Positions 35,758 through 44,105 of a stretch of DNA of 64,000 nt are shown piece by piece. Within the stretch, counting starts at the first letter, position 1, and each line of letters starts with the position of its first letter. A program made the translations under genes and the position numbers. Under the pieces are notes generated by a model. That model did no database searches and was not told the DNA's origin. It saw only the letters and a program-made list of their open reading frames with translations. Source of the DNA: an uncultured Clostridia bacterium (GTDB lineage: Bacteria > Bacillota > Clostridia > Christensenellales > Aristaeellaceae); contig CANQEW010000006.1 of NCBI GenBank assembly GCA_947596085.1, positions 6,977 through 70,976 on the forward strand. Direction: 5' to 3'.

Positions 35758-36609
35758 TCATTCCTTAACCAGTTCGCCGACCATCGCCCCGCCGATGATG
35801 CAGAGCGCGCCCACGATTTGAAGCGTCGTCATTTGCTCGCCCAACAGAAGCGCGGCGAATACGACGGCGGACAGCGGCTCGAGGTAGCCGCAGATGGCGA
35901 CCGTCTGCACCGGCAGCTTCGCCAGCGGGGAGAAGTACAGATAGCAGCCGATGCCCGTGTTGACGACGCCGAGGACGAGAATCCATCCCCAGGCCCCGCT
36001 GGGAACGTGGATGACGAACGCCTGCTTCACCCCGACAAAGACCACGACCGTCAGAAAGCTGACCGTCAGCTGGATGACCGAGTTCTCCAGGCCGGTGATC
36101 CCCTCGGACTTGCGGTTGAGCGTCACCATGAAGGCGTACATGATTGCCGACATCGCCCCGCAGAACAAGCCCCAGGCATTGCCCGCGCCCGCCAGCCTTC
36201 CGTTGACGAGCAGGATGCCGATCAGGACGATTGCGAAGCCCGCGATCTTGGGCTTCGTCAGCCGCTTCTGAAACAGCAGCGGCGATAGAATCATCACGAT
36301 GACCGGGCCGCAGTAGTACAACAGCGACGCAAAGCTCACGCCGATCTGCTGATAAGCTTCATAGAGGAACATTCAACTGGTTCCCATGGCGACGCCGGAG
36401 AGTGCGATCAGAAGCGCGTCCCTTCCGTGTCCCTTCAGGTGAAACCTGTTCTTCCCCAACAGAAACAGCGCGATCAGCAGGATGCTGCCGATCATGGTTC
36501 GGAGAAAGACGATCTCATAGCTGCCGAGGGGAATATTGCTTGCGACGATGCCGTTCAATCCAAACAGCAGCAGCGCGCAGAGATATTTTGTAAGGGCTTT
36601 CTTATCCAT
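35758..36609 (-). pseudogene. EamA/DMT-family transporter interrupted by one in-frame TGA (codon 36375-36373)
   Basis: Track ORFs 36373..36642 and 35758..36372 are contiguous in one frame: ...SGVAMGTS-TGA-MFLYEAYQQIGVSFASLLYYCGPVIV.... Together they make a typical 10-TM EamA protein of about 283 aa. Confidence 0.75.
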
Positions 36610-36733
36610 GGCTTGTTGTATCCGTCTCGTTCGAACGCACAACGCCCGGAAAACAGACGCAGAAATCTGGCGCTCGGACTTATGGCGCCAGATTTCGCGC
36701 TTCGAACCAAGTCGCCTTTAGAAACGCAACGCA

Positions 36734-36770
36734 GGACTTTGGCCCCTTGCGTATATGGGGGCCAAAGTCC
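36734..36770 (-). terminator. Hairpin downstream of ilvC
   Basis: GGACTTTGGCCCC-N11-GGGGCCAAAGTCC, a perfect 13-bp stem with no clear U tract. Confidence 0.45.
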
Positions 36771-36812
36771 ATCGCTTCAGCGCGGCAGCAGGTGGCCGCC
36801 GGCCCCGCCGGC

Positions 36813-37832
36813 TTAGTTGGAGGCGTTGTCCAGATCCTGGTCGTTCTTCCAGAGCATCTGTTCGCGGAGTTGCTTGCCGATGATCTCCATCGGATGCTGG
36901 GCCAGCTGCTCGCGCTTGGAGTTGAAGAAGGTGCGGCCGTTCTTGTTCTCGGCGATCCACTTGCCGGCGAAGGTGCCGTCCTGGATGTCCTTGAGCACCG
37001 CCTTCATGTTGGCCTTGGTCTGCTCGTAGGGCAGGACGCGCGGGCCGGACACATACTCGCCGTACTCGGCGGTGTCGGAGATGGAGTAGTTCATCGCCGC
37101 GATGCCGCCCTTGTTGATCAGATCCACGATCAGCTTCATCTCGTGGATGCACTCGAAGTAGGCGTTCTCGGGGGCGTAGCCCGCCTCGACCAGCGTCTCG
37201 AAGCCGCACTTCATCAGATCGACCACGCCGCCGCAGAGCACGGTCTGCTCGCCGAACAGGTCGGTCTCGGTCTCGTCGTGCATGGTGGTCTCCATGATGC
37301 CGGCGCGCGCGCCGCCGATGCCCGCGATGTAGGCCAGCGCGATGTCCTTGCAGTGGCCGGAGGCGTCCTGCTCCACGGCGATCAGGCAGGGCACGCCCTT
37401 GCCCGCGACGTACTGGGAGCGCACGGTGTGGCCCGGGCCCTTCGGCGCGGCCATGAACACGTCCACATTGGCCGGGGGCACGATCTGCTTGTAACGAATG
37501 TTGAAGCCGTGCGCAAAGGCGATGGCCTTGCCCTCGGTCAGGTAGGGAGCGATGTCCTTCTTGTACATGTCGGCCTGGGCCTCGTCGTTGATGAGGATCA
37601 TGATGATGTCGGCCGCCTGCGCCGCCTCAGGCACGGTCATGACCTGGAAGCCGTCCTTCTCCGCTACGGGCCAGGACTTGCCGCCCTTGCGAAGGCCGAC
37701 GATGACGTCGCAGCCGGAGTCGCGCAGGTTCAGCGCATGGGCGTGGCCCTGGGAGCCGTAACCGATGATCGCGATCTTCTTGCCGGTGAGCTTGTTGAGG
37801 TCGCAGTCCTTCTCATAGTACATTTTTGCCAT
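36813..37832 (-). CDS. ilvC: Ketol-acid reductoisomerase
   Basis: [40 protein letters not shown]. The ATG at 37832 lies 7 nt after GGAGAG. Confidence 0.95.
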   Translation of the reverse strand: MAKMYYEKDCDLNKLTGKKIAIIGYGSQGHAHALNLRDSGCDVIVGLRKGGKSWPVAEKDGFQVMTVPEAAQAADIIMILINDEAQADMYKKDIAPYLTEGKAIAFAHGFNIRYKQIVPPANVDVFMAAPKGPGHTVRSQYVAGKGVPCLIAVEQDASGHCKDIALAYIAGIGGARAGIMETTMHDETETDLFGEQTVLCGGVVDLMKCGFETLVEAGYAPENAYFECIHEMKLIVDLINKGGIAAMNYSISDTAEYGEYVSGPRVLPYEQTKANMKAVLKDIQDGTFAGKWIAENKNGRTFFNSKREQLAQHPMEIIGKQLREQMLWKNDQDLDNASN

Positions 37833-38364
37833 AGTCAAACTCTCCTTTTTCCTTGGTCTGCTCGTCGATGGTGTATTGTCCCCGCTCCAGTGCCATCATG
37901 CCGGTGCGCACCAATTCGAGGATTCCAAACTCCCGAAGGAGGTTTTGGATCGCTTCCGCCTTGCTTTCGTCTCCAATGACGGCAAGGGTGATGGAGGATA
38001 TGGACACGTCGATGATCGACGCGCGGAAGATGTTCGCAACCTGAATGATCTCATTGCGAACGTCGCTGGTCTGCGCCAGCACCTTGAACAGCACCAGCTC
38101 GCGCCGGATGGAATGCTCGGGCAGCAGGCGCTTGACCGAGTGCACGCAGATCAGCTTGCGCAGTTGGTTGGACAGAAGCCGCGTCTGCTTTTCGTCCGCC
38201 ATCACCTCGATGGTGATGCGGGAAACCTTGACGTCGTCCGTGGTGCCCACGGCCAGCGATTCGATGTTGTAGCCCTTGCCGGAGAAGAGCCGCGCCACGC
38301 GGGAGAGCACGCCCGCCTCGTTGTCCACAAGCACGGCCAGGGTCTGCCTCTTGATCTCGTTCAT
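37813..38364 (-). CDS. ilvN: Acetolactate synthase small (regulatory) subunit
   Basis: ACT domain [32 protein letters not shown]. The 3' end overlaps the ilvC start by 20 nt. Confidence 0.9.
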   Translation of the reverse strand: MNEIKRQTLAVLVDNEAGVLSRVARLFSGKGYNIESLAVGTTDDVKVSRITIEVMADEKQTRLLSNQLRKLICVHSVKRLLPEHSIRRELVLFKVLAQTSDVRNEIIQVANIFRASIIDVSISSITLAVIGDESKAEAIQNLLREFGILELVRTGMMALERGQYTIDEQTKEKGEFDYGKNVL

Positions 38365-38378
38365 TGCGCGTTCCTCCC

Positions 38379-40085
38379 TCAGTGAATCATAAACTCGGTG
38401 ATGTGGCTGCCGCCACCCACCATCGGGCGAACCATCTCGTCCATATAGACGGCGACGTCGATCACGGAGCCCTTGTCGCTCTCCAGCGCCGCCTTGAGCG
38501 CCGTCTCAAAGTCCTCCACGTTATGGACGCGCCAGCCGTTCAGCCCGTAGGCCTCGGCGAGCTTTACGAAGTCGGGAGCGCGATCCAGCGTGGTCTGGGA
38601 ATAGTGCTGCTTGTAGATCAGCGTCTGCCACTGGCGCACCATGCCCAGCGTTCCGTTGTTGAACAGCACGGTGATGATGGGCAGCTTGTAGTACGACTCC
38701 GTGGCGAGCTCGTTGCAGTTCATGCGGAAGGAGCCGTCGCCGGTGACGTGCAATACAATCTTGTCCGGGTTGCCCGCCTGCGCGCCGATGGCCGCGCCCA
38801 GGCCGAAGCCCATGGTGCCGAAGCCGCCGGAGGTCACGAGCTGGCCGGGATAGTCGAAGTGGAAGTGCTGCGCCGCCCAGATTTGGTGCTGGCCCACGTC
38901 GGTGGTCACGATGGTGTCCTGCGGCAGAATGCGCGCGATGGAGGAGAGCACTTGGCCGGGGGTCAGGCGGTCCGCCACCTGGTCGTAGACGGTCTCGGTC
39001 GGGAAGGAGAACACGTACTTCTTCCACTCGCTGTGGTCGAGCTGCTCAATTCGTTCGAGCAGGAGCTGCAATACGCGCTTCGCATCGCCGATGATGTGGT
39101 GGTCGGTCTGTACGTTCTTGTTGATCTCCGAGCGGTCGATGTCGATCTGCACGATCTTGGCGTTCTGCGCGAAGCTCGAGGGCTTCAGCGCCACGCGGTC
39201 GGAGAAGCGGCAGCCCACGGCGATCAGCAGATCACACGCGTCCACGGCCATGTTGCTGGCCTGGGAGCCGTGCATGCCGATCATGCCGGTGGTCAGCTTG
39301 TTGCGGCCGCGGAAGCCGCCCGCGCCCATCAGCGTGATGGCCACGGGGGCGTCGATCTTGTTGGCGAAGGTTTCAAATTCCCAGTGCGCGCGGCTGCGTA
39401 CCACGCCGCCGCCGCAGATCAGCAGCGGCTTCTTCGCGGCGTTGATCATCTCCACCAGCTTGTCGATGTCCTTGTAGTCTGGCTCGGGGGCCTTGAAATT
39501 CTGCGACGAGCGCTTCATGAGTTCCCCCAGCTTGCCGCTCATGCCGTGGCTGTGGCGGTCGAGGGGTTCATATTCGGCGCTCTCGGCGGTCACGTTCTTC
39601 GGAATGTCCAACAGCACCGGGCCGGGGCGGCCGCTGCGGGCGATGGCGAAGGCCTCGCGCACGGTGTCGGCCAGATCGTCCACGCTGCGCACCAGATAGT
39701 TGCACTTGGTGATGGGCATGGTCACGCCGGTGATGTCCACCTCCTGAAAGGAGTCCTTGCCGATCAGGTCCACGCCCACGTTGCAGGTGATGCACACGAT
39801 GGGGGAGGAGTCCATGTAGGCGGTGGCGATGCCGGTGACCAGGTTGGTCGCGCCGGGGCCGGAGGTGGCGAAGCACACGCCCACCTTGCCCGTGGAGCGG
39901 GCGTAGCCGTCCGCGGCGTGGCACGCGCCCTGTTCGTGGGCGGTCAGAATGTGGCGCACGCGGCCCTCGTAGTTGTAAAGTTCATCGTAGACGTTCAGAA
40001 TCGTGCCGCCCGGGTAGCCGAAGATCGTGTCGACCCCCTGTTCCAAGAGGCACTCCATCAGGATCTTTGCGCCGGTCATTCGCAT
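38379..40085 (-). CDS. ilvB: Acetolactate synthase large subunit
   Basis: MRMTGAKILMECLLEQGVDTIFGYPGG...ATSGPGATNLVTGIA...; the ThDP motif region GGFGTMGFGLGAAIGA...GDGSF. Confidence 0.95.
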   Translation of the reverse strand: MRMTGAKILMECLLEQGVDTIFGYPGGTILNVYDELYNYEGRVRHILTAHEQGACHAADGYARSTGKVGVCFATSGPGATNLVTGIATAYMDSSPIVCITCNVGVDLIGKDSFQEVDITGVTMPITKCNYLVRSVDDLADTVREAFAIARSGRPGPVLLDIPKNVTAESAEYEPLDRHSHGMSGKLGELMKRSSQNFKAPEPDYKDIDKLVEMINAAKKPLLICGGGVVRSRAHWEFETFANKIDAPVAITLMGAGGFRGRNKLTTGMIGMHGSQASNMAVDACDLLIAVGCRFSDRVALKPSSFAQNAKIVQIDIDRSEINKNVQTDHHIIGDAKRVLQLLLERIEQLDHSEWKKYVFSFPTETVYDQVADRLTPGQVLSSIARILPQDTIVTTDVGQHQIWAAQHFHFDYPGQLVTSGGFGTMGFGLGAAIGAQAGNPDKIVLHVTGDGSFRMNCNELATESYYKLPIITVLFNNGTLGMVRQWQTLIYKQHYSQTTLDRAPDFVKLAEAYGLNGWRVHNVEDFETALKAALESDKGSVIDVAVYMDEMVRPMVGGGSHITEFMIH

Positions 40086-40110
40086 GTGTTCATCCTCCTC
40101 CGTCGTTTAA

Positions 40111-40148
40111 GAAAAAGCCTGCCGTCTAAAAGTTAGACTTGCAGGCTT
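40111..40148 (-). terminator. Intrinsic terminator inside the ilvB leader (attenuator)
   Basis: Minus-strand RNA AAGCCUGC-A-AGUCUAA-CUU-UUAGAC-GG-CAGGCUU followed by UUUUC (14 bp). It ends about 25 nt before the ilvB ATG and just before the GGAGGAGG RBS. Confidence 0.75.
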
Positions 40149-40207
40149 CACGAACATCCCTTTGATTTTTCGTTCGAGCCGAACCCGGATTTCTCCGGGC
40201 AGCCGGA

Positions 40208-40330
40208 TCAGCGGACCGGCGATTGCAGGACATAACTTTTAGCATTATCCCCCAGCGTGCTAAGTCGCAGGGGCAGGATAATGCCGACAAGCAGGTCCAG
40301 TACAGCGATACCAATGATCCAAGCGTTCAT
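40208..40330 (-). CDS. Candidate ilvBNC leader peptide (40 aa), below the track's ORF length cutoff
   Basis: ATG 40330 to TGA 40208 encodes MNAWIIGIAVLDLLVGIILPLRLSTLGDNAKSYVLQSPVR, in which 17 of 40 residues are Ile, Leu or Val. GGGAG lies 9 nt upstream. The ORF sits between the promoter and the attenuator terminator. Confidence 0.4.
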   Translation of the reverse strand: MNAWIIGIAVLDLLVGIILPLRLSTLGDNAKSYVLQSPVR

Positions 40331-40361
40331 CGTTTCCAGCTCCCATCGGTTCTGATTTTGC

Positions 40362-40390
40362 ATTATAGCATGGGGGTGTTACGATGTCAA
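40362..40390 (-). promoter_or_regulatory. Consensus sigma-A promoter of the ilvBNC leader
   Basis: Minus strand reads TTGACA-17 nt-TATAAT, a perfect consensus, about 270 nt upstream of ilvB. Confidence 0.65.
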
Positions 40391-40411
40391 CGACTTTACA
40401 TGAATTTATGG

Positions 40412-40429
40412 TTTTCGGTGAACCGAAAA
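40412..40429. repeat. Inverted repeat between the divergent ilv-leader and aldo/keto-reductase promoters
   Basis: TTTTCGG-tgaa-CCGAAAA, perfect 7-bp arms. Confidence 0.5.
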
Positions 40430-40444
40430 AGCTGCGACGTGCGC

Positions 40445-40473
40445 TTGTCCGCGATGGTGGTTCGTGCTATAAT
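40445..40473 (+). promoter_or_regulatory. Promoter for the aldo/keto reductase gene
   Basis: TTGTCC-17 nt-TATAAT with an extended -10 (TGcTATAAT). Confidence 0.5.
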
Positions 40474-40526
40474 GAAGATGAATTTGAAACTGAATTCAAC
40501 ATGACAAAAAACAGGAGGGACGAAGC

Positions 40527-41528
40527 ATGAATTACGGACGGATCGACCATGTGGACAGGCCCGTTTCCCGCATCGTGTTCGGAACTGCGACGCCGAAGAT
40601 GTTCGCGGCGTTTCGCTCGGTTTACGAGGACGCGCCGGACTTCTCCCAGCGCCTCGAAGCGGCGTTCGAACTGCTGGACGCGGCCCGTGAGGCGGGCATA
40701 AACTGCTTCGACTGCTCCGATCACTACGGCGAGGAGCCGCTGGGCGAGTGGCTGGAGGCGCGCGGCGTGCGAAACGAAGTGGTGATTCTCACCAAGGGCG
40801 CGCACCACAACCGCTGGCGCAAGCGCGTGACGGATTTTGACATCCTGCACGACGTGCACAACTCGCTGGCGAAGCTCAAGACGGATCACATCGAACTGTA
40901 CCTGCTGCACCGGGACGATCCCGCCGTGCCGGTGGGACCGCTGATGGACGCGCTGAACCGCTGCGTGGACGAGGGCAAGCTGGGCGCGATCGGCGCCTCC
41001 AACTGGACCGTCGAGCGCATGGAGGAGGCCAACGAGTACGCCGCCAAGCACGGCATGCGCGGCTTTACCGTGGCCAGCCCGAACTATGGCCTGGCGGAGC
41101 AGGTGGCCGATCCCTGGGGCGGTGGCTGCGTCAGCATCTCCGGCCCGGAAAACCGGCCGGCGCGGGAATGGTACGCCCGGAACCACATTCCGATATTCGC
41201 CTATTCTTCGATGGCGCGCGGCCTCTTCTCCGGCCGGGTGCGCGGCGGCGAACCGGAGAGCGCGAAGGCCGTCATGGACGAGCCCGGCCTGAAGGGCTAC
41301 GCCTGCCCGGCGAACTTCGAGCGCCTGCGCCGCTGCGAAATTCTTGCGGCGGAGAAGGGCATGACGGTGCCGCAGATCGCCATGGGCTGGCTGTTCAGCC
41401 AACCGCTGGACGTGTACGCGCTGGTTGCCACGGGCCGGCCAGAGAACGTGCGCGCCAACGCCGAAGCGGCGAACGTCCGCTTAAGCGAATCGGAATGCCG
41501 ATGGCTCAATCTGGAGGCCGAACGCTGA
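40527..41528 (+). CDS. Aldo/keto reductase family oxidoreductase
   Basis: FDCSDHYGEEPLGEWL, ILTKGAHH and ELYLLHRDDP carry the AKR catalytic Asp/Tyr/Lys/His context. AGGAGGGA RBS. Confidence 0.9.
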   Translation: MNYGRIDHVDRPVSRIVFGTATPKMFAAFRSVYEDAPDFSQRLEAAFELLDAAREAGINCFDCSDHYGEEPLGEWLEARGVRNEVVILTKGAHHNRWRKRVTDFDILHDVHNSLAKLKTDHIELYLLHRDDPAVPVGPLMDALNRCVDEGKLGAIGASNWTVERMEEANEYAAKHGMRGFTVASPNYGLAEQVADPWGGGCVSISGPENRPAREWYARNHIPIFAYSSMARGLFSGRVRGGEPESAKAVMDEPGLKGYACPANFERLRRCEILAAEKGMTVPQIAMGWLFSQPLDVYALVATGRPENVRANAEAANVRLSESECRWLNLEAER

Positions 41529-42453
41529 ATACAAATTGATGAAAGAACGGCGCTGCCGCGTTCCGCGGCAGCGCCGTTTCTGGTATCGCGTCCCTGCGGT
41601 GCGAGCGCTCGTCCGCGCCGTGCAGCGCGCGATAGCGGCGCGGCGACACTCCCGTCAGCCGGCCGAACACGGTGATGAAGTAGTTGTAGTCGGCATAGCC
41701 GCAGGCCTCGGCCACCTGAGTGATATTGAGCTCCGGCCGGGTGAGCAGCAGCTGCTTGGCGTAGTCGATGCGCTTCTTTCGGATGTGTCCGGCGATGCCC
41801 ATGCCGTAGTTCTGGTTGGAAAATTCGTACAGCGCCGTGCGCCCGATGTGAAAGCGCTTGCAGATGTCGCCCGCGTTGATGTCCTCGGTGAAGTGCTGGG
41901 AGATGTACTCGTCGATCTGCACCTGCAGCGGCTGCTGTTTGAGCGTCACCATGCGGTCGAAGTAGAGATAGGAGGCCACCGCGTCGAGAATGTGCGACGC
42001 GGAGAGGATGTATCCCTCCTCCATGTCCGGCAGGCCGTCGATCAGCGCGCCCAGCTTTGCCTCGTCGAGGCCGTAGCGGCGGCAGGCGTTCAGAATCGCG
42101 CGGCGCCCCATTTCCCGCTCGGGATAGCAGAACAGGTGGCCGAAGGCGGCGTAGGCCACGATGATGTTGCCCATGAACACCGGCGAGACGGCCTCCGTCA
42201 GCCCCGCGTGGCAGCGGTAGACATAGGGCGCGCGCATCGCCAGCGCCCGGCGGCAGGCTTCCCGGTCGCAGCGATGGCACTCCGCCTCGGCCTCGGAATT
42301 TTCGCGAATGAAGCGGCAGATCGGCGCGATGCGCTCGGGGTAGGAGGCGATCTCCTTGAGCGAATCGTCGAACACGGTGATGCGGACTTGCGTGAGGTTG
42401 TAGAAGTCCCGCAGCAGGGCGTTCAGCTTGACAAAATCAAAGGATGAATACAT
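41506..42453 (-). CDS. AraC-family transcriptional regulator with an N-terminal PocR-type sensor domain
   Basis: N-terminus FYNLTQVRITVFDD...CRFIRE...CHRCDREA...YRCHAGL (PocR-like). C-terminal double HTH GRTALYEFS...ITQVAEACGYADYNYFITVFGRLTGVSPRRYR. GAGGTG RBS before the ATG at 42453. The 3' tail overlaps the AKR gene by 23 nt. Confidence 0.85.
   Translation of the reverse strand: MYSSFDFVKLNALLRDFYNLTQVRITVFDDSLKEIASYPERIAPICRFIRENSEAEAECHRCDREACRRALAMRAPYVYRCHAGLTEAVSPVFMGNIIVAYAAFGHLFCYPEREMGRRAILNACRRYGLDEAKLGALIDGLPDMEEGYILSASHILDAVASYLYFDRMVTLKQQPLQVQIDEYISQHFTEDINAGDICKRFHIGRTALYEFSNQNYGMGIAGHIRKKRIDYAKQLLLTRPELNITQVAEACGYADYNYFITVFGRLTGVSPRRYRALHGADERSHRRDAIPETALPRNAAAPFFHQFVFSVRPPD
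41546..41578. terminator. Strong bidirectional terminator hairpin lying inside the 3' tail of the AraC ORF
   Basis: AACGGCGCTGCCGCG-ttc-CGCGGCAGCGCCGTT, a perfect 15-bp stem with A-rich and T-rich flanks. Confidence 0.7.
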
Positions 42454-42472
42454 TGCGCGCCACCTCGCTTCC

Positions 42473-42501
42473 ATTATAATATGACACTGAAGAATTGTCC
42501 A
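42473..42501 (-). promoter_or_regulatory. Sigma-A-type promoter for the AraC/PocR regulator gene
   Basis: Minus strand reads TGGACA-17 nt-TATAAT. Confidence 0.55.
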
Positions 42502-42637
42502 GAAAAAGCGGACGGAATCCAAGAAATATGAACGCACGCATATATCTTCCCCCGAAAATGTTTGTTAAGATATGATTATAAGGAAAACCGGAAAGGATCC
42601 GGAGAGATATTCATCATTCAGCGAGGAGGAAAACACG

Positions 42638-44041
42638 ATGCACAAGAAGATGACATTCGCGCTCTGCTTCGGCAACCGCGGCTTCATGCCGGGCGAGCTG
42701 ATTCTGGGCGCGCGCGACGATATGGTCAAGGCCGTGACCGACGCGGGCTACGACTACATCATGATGGACGCGGACGCCAGCCGCTACGGAGCGGTGGAGA
42801 CCCGCGCCGAGGGCCGGCAGTACGCCGCGTGGCTCAAGCAGCACGAGGGCCAGTACGACGGCGTGATCTTTTGCCAGCCCATCTTCGTGGACGAAAACGG
42901 CGCGATCACGGCGCTGCAGGACGCGGGCGTGCCGATTCTGATGCAGGCCTACCCGGATGAGATCGGCAAGATGGACTTCGCCCACCGGCGCGACGCCTAC
43001 TGCGGTAAATTCTCCGTGACGGATGTGTTCACCCAGTACAGGGTGCCGTTTACGGTGATGAAGCCCCACGTGGTGCATCCGCTGAGCCCGAAGTTCGCGC
43101 AGAATTTGAAGGACTTCGCGGCGATCTGCCGGGTGGTCAACGGCATGAAGCGCTTCAATCTGGGCTGCATCGGCGCGCGCACCACGGCCTTTAAGACCGT
43201 GCGCTTCGATGAGATCGCCATGCAGAACCACGGCATCAACGTGGAGAGCGTCGACCTCTCCGAGCTGATGAACATGGTGGCGGAGATGAAGGACGACGAT
43301 CCCAGGGTCGCGGCCAAGATGGCGCATCTGGAAGACTACACGGATTTCTCCGGCGTGCCTGCGCCGAACAAGCTGACGCTCGCCAAGATCGGCTGTGTGC
43401 TGGATTGGTACATCGAGGAGTACCAGCTCGACGCGCTGGCGCTGCGCTGCTGGAACGAGATGGAGACCTACATGCGCGTCTGCCCCTGCGTGCTGCTGTC
43501 CGATCTGAACAACCGCGGCATCGCGGCGAGCTGCGAGATCGACATGTGCTCGGCCATCACCATGCGCGCCATGTGCCTGGCCAGCGAGGAGCCCTCCTGC
43601 GTGCTCGACTGGAACAACAATTACGGCGACGACGAGAACAAGGTCGTGCTCTTCCACTGCGGCCCGGTGGCCCAGAGCCTGATGACCGGCAAGGGGCACG
43701 TCACCGAGCACAAGATGTTCGCCAAGAACGACCCCGGCAGCGGCTGGGGCTGCAACGAGGGCCGCATCGCGTCCTTCCCGATGACCTACTCCAACTGCCA
43801 GACGAAGGACGGCAAGATCGTGGTTTACGCGTCCGAGGGGAGGATCACCGACGATCCCATCGAGGACGGCTACTTCGGCTGCGGTGGCGTGGCGGAGATC
43901 CCGGAGCTGCAGGACAAGCTCATCAAGCTGGCGCGCGGCGGCTTCAAGCACCACACCAGCGTGGGCAAGGGCCATATGAAGGACGTGCTCAAGGAGGCGT
44001 TCACCACCTACTTGGGCTACGATTGGGTGGAGATCGACTGA
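42638..44041 (+). CDS. L-fucose/L-arabinose isomerase family protein (first gene of the sugar cassette)
   Basis: MHKKMTFALCFGNRGFMPGE...RRDAYCGKFS...FHCGP...; 467 aa. GAGGAGGA RBS before the ATG at 42638. Confidence 0.8.
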   Translation: MHKKMTFALCFGNRGFMPGELILGARDDMVKAVTDAGYDYIMMDADASRYGAVETRAEGRQYAAWLKQHEGQYDGVIFCQPIFVDENGAITALQDAGVPILMQAYPDEIGKMDFAHRRDAYCGKFSVTDVFTQYRVPFTVMKPHVVHPLSPKFAQNLKDFAAICRVVNGMKRFNLGCIGARTTAFKTVRFDEIAMQNHGINVESVDLSELMNMVAEMKDDDPRVAAKMAHLEDYTDFSGVPAPNKLTLAKIGCVLDWYIEEYQLDALALRCWNEMETYMRVCPCVLLSDLNNRGIAASCEIDMCSAITMRAMCLASEEPSCVLDWNNNYGDDENKVVLFHCGPVAQSLMTGKGHVTEHKMFAKNDPGSGWGCNEGRIASFPMTYSNCQTKDGKIVVYASEGRITDDPIEDGYFGCGGVAEIPELQDKLIKLARGGFKHHTSVGKGHMKDVLKEAFTTYLGYDWVEID

Positions 44042-44105
44042 CGTCGACTGTGCCCCGCCGTCCGGTTTGCCGCCGGGCGGCGGGCGCGCGCGAAGGAGAT
44101 AAATT

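Noticed and set aside
36373-36375. Selenocysteine, or an alternative genetic code (TGA as Trp or Gly), at the in-frame TGA of the EamA gene.
   Set aside because: TGA is used as a genuine stop by well-supported genes in this window (rluD, lgt, ilvB, glcK). No convincing SECIS-like hairpin follows the codon. The site lies in a transmembrane helix of a transporter, not in a redox centre.
40086-40360. A T-box riboswitch upstream of ilvB, the expected Firmicutes mechanism.
   Set aside because: No GGGTGGTACCGCG-like T-box core abuts the terminator; the best local match, GGGATGTTCGTGA, shares about 6 of 13 positions. I saw no Stem I, specifier-loop or AG-bay features. A translatable I/L/V-rich ORF occupies the leader instead. 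A covariance-model scan is still needed.
44042-44105. An imperfect GC hairpin (GCCCCGCCGTCCGG ... GCCGGGCGGCGGGC) between the cassette isomerase and kinase genes, considered as an internal attenuator.
   Set aside because: The stem is imperfect, no T tract follows, and the kinase RBS follows immediately. It is more likely a neutral GC-rich spacer or an mRNA-stability element.
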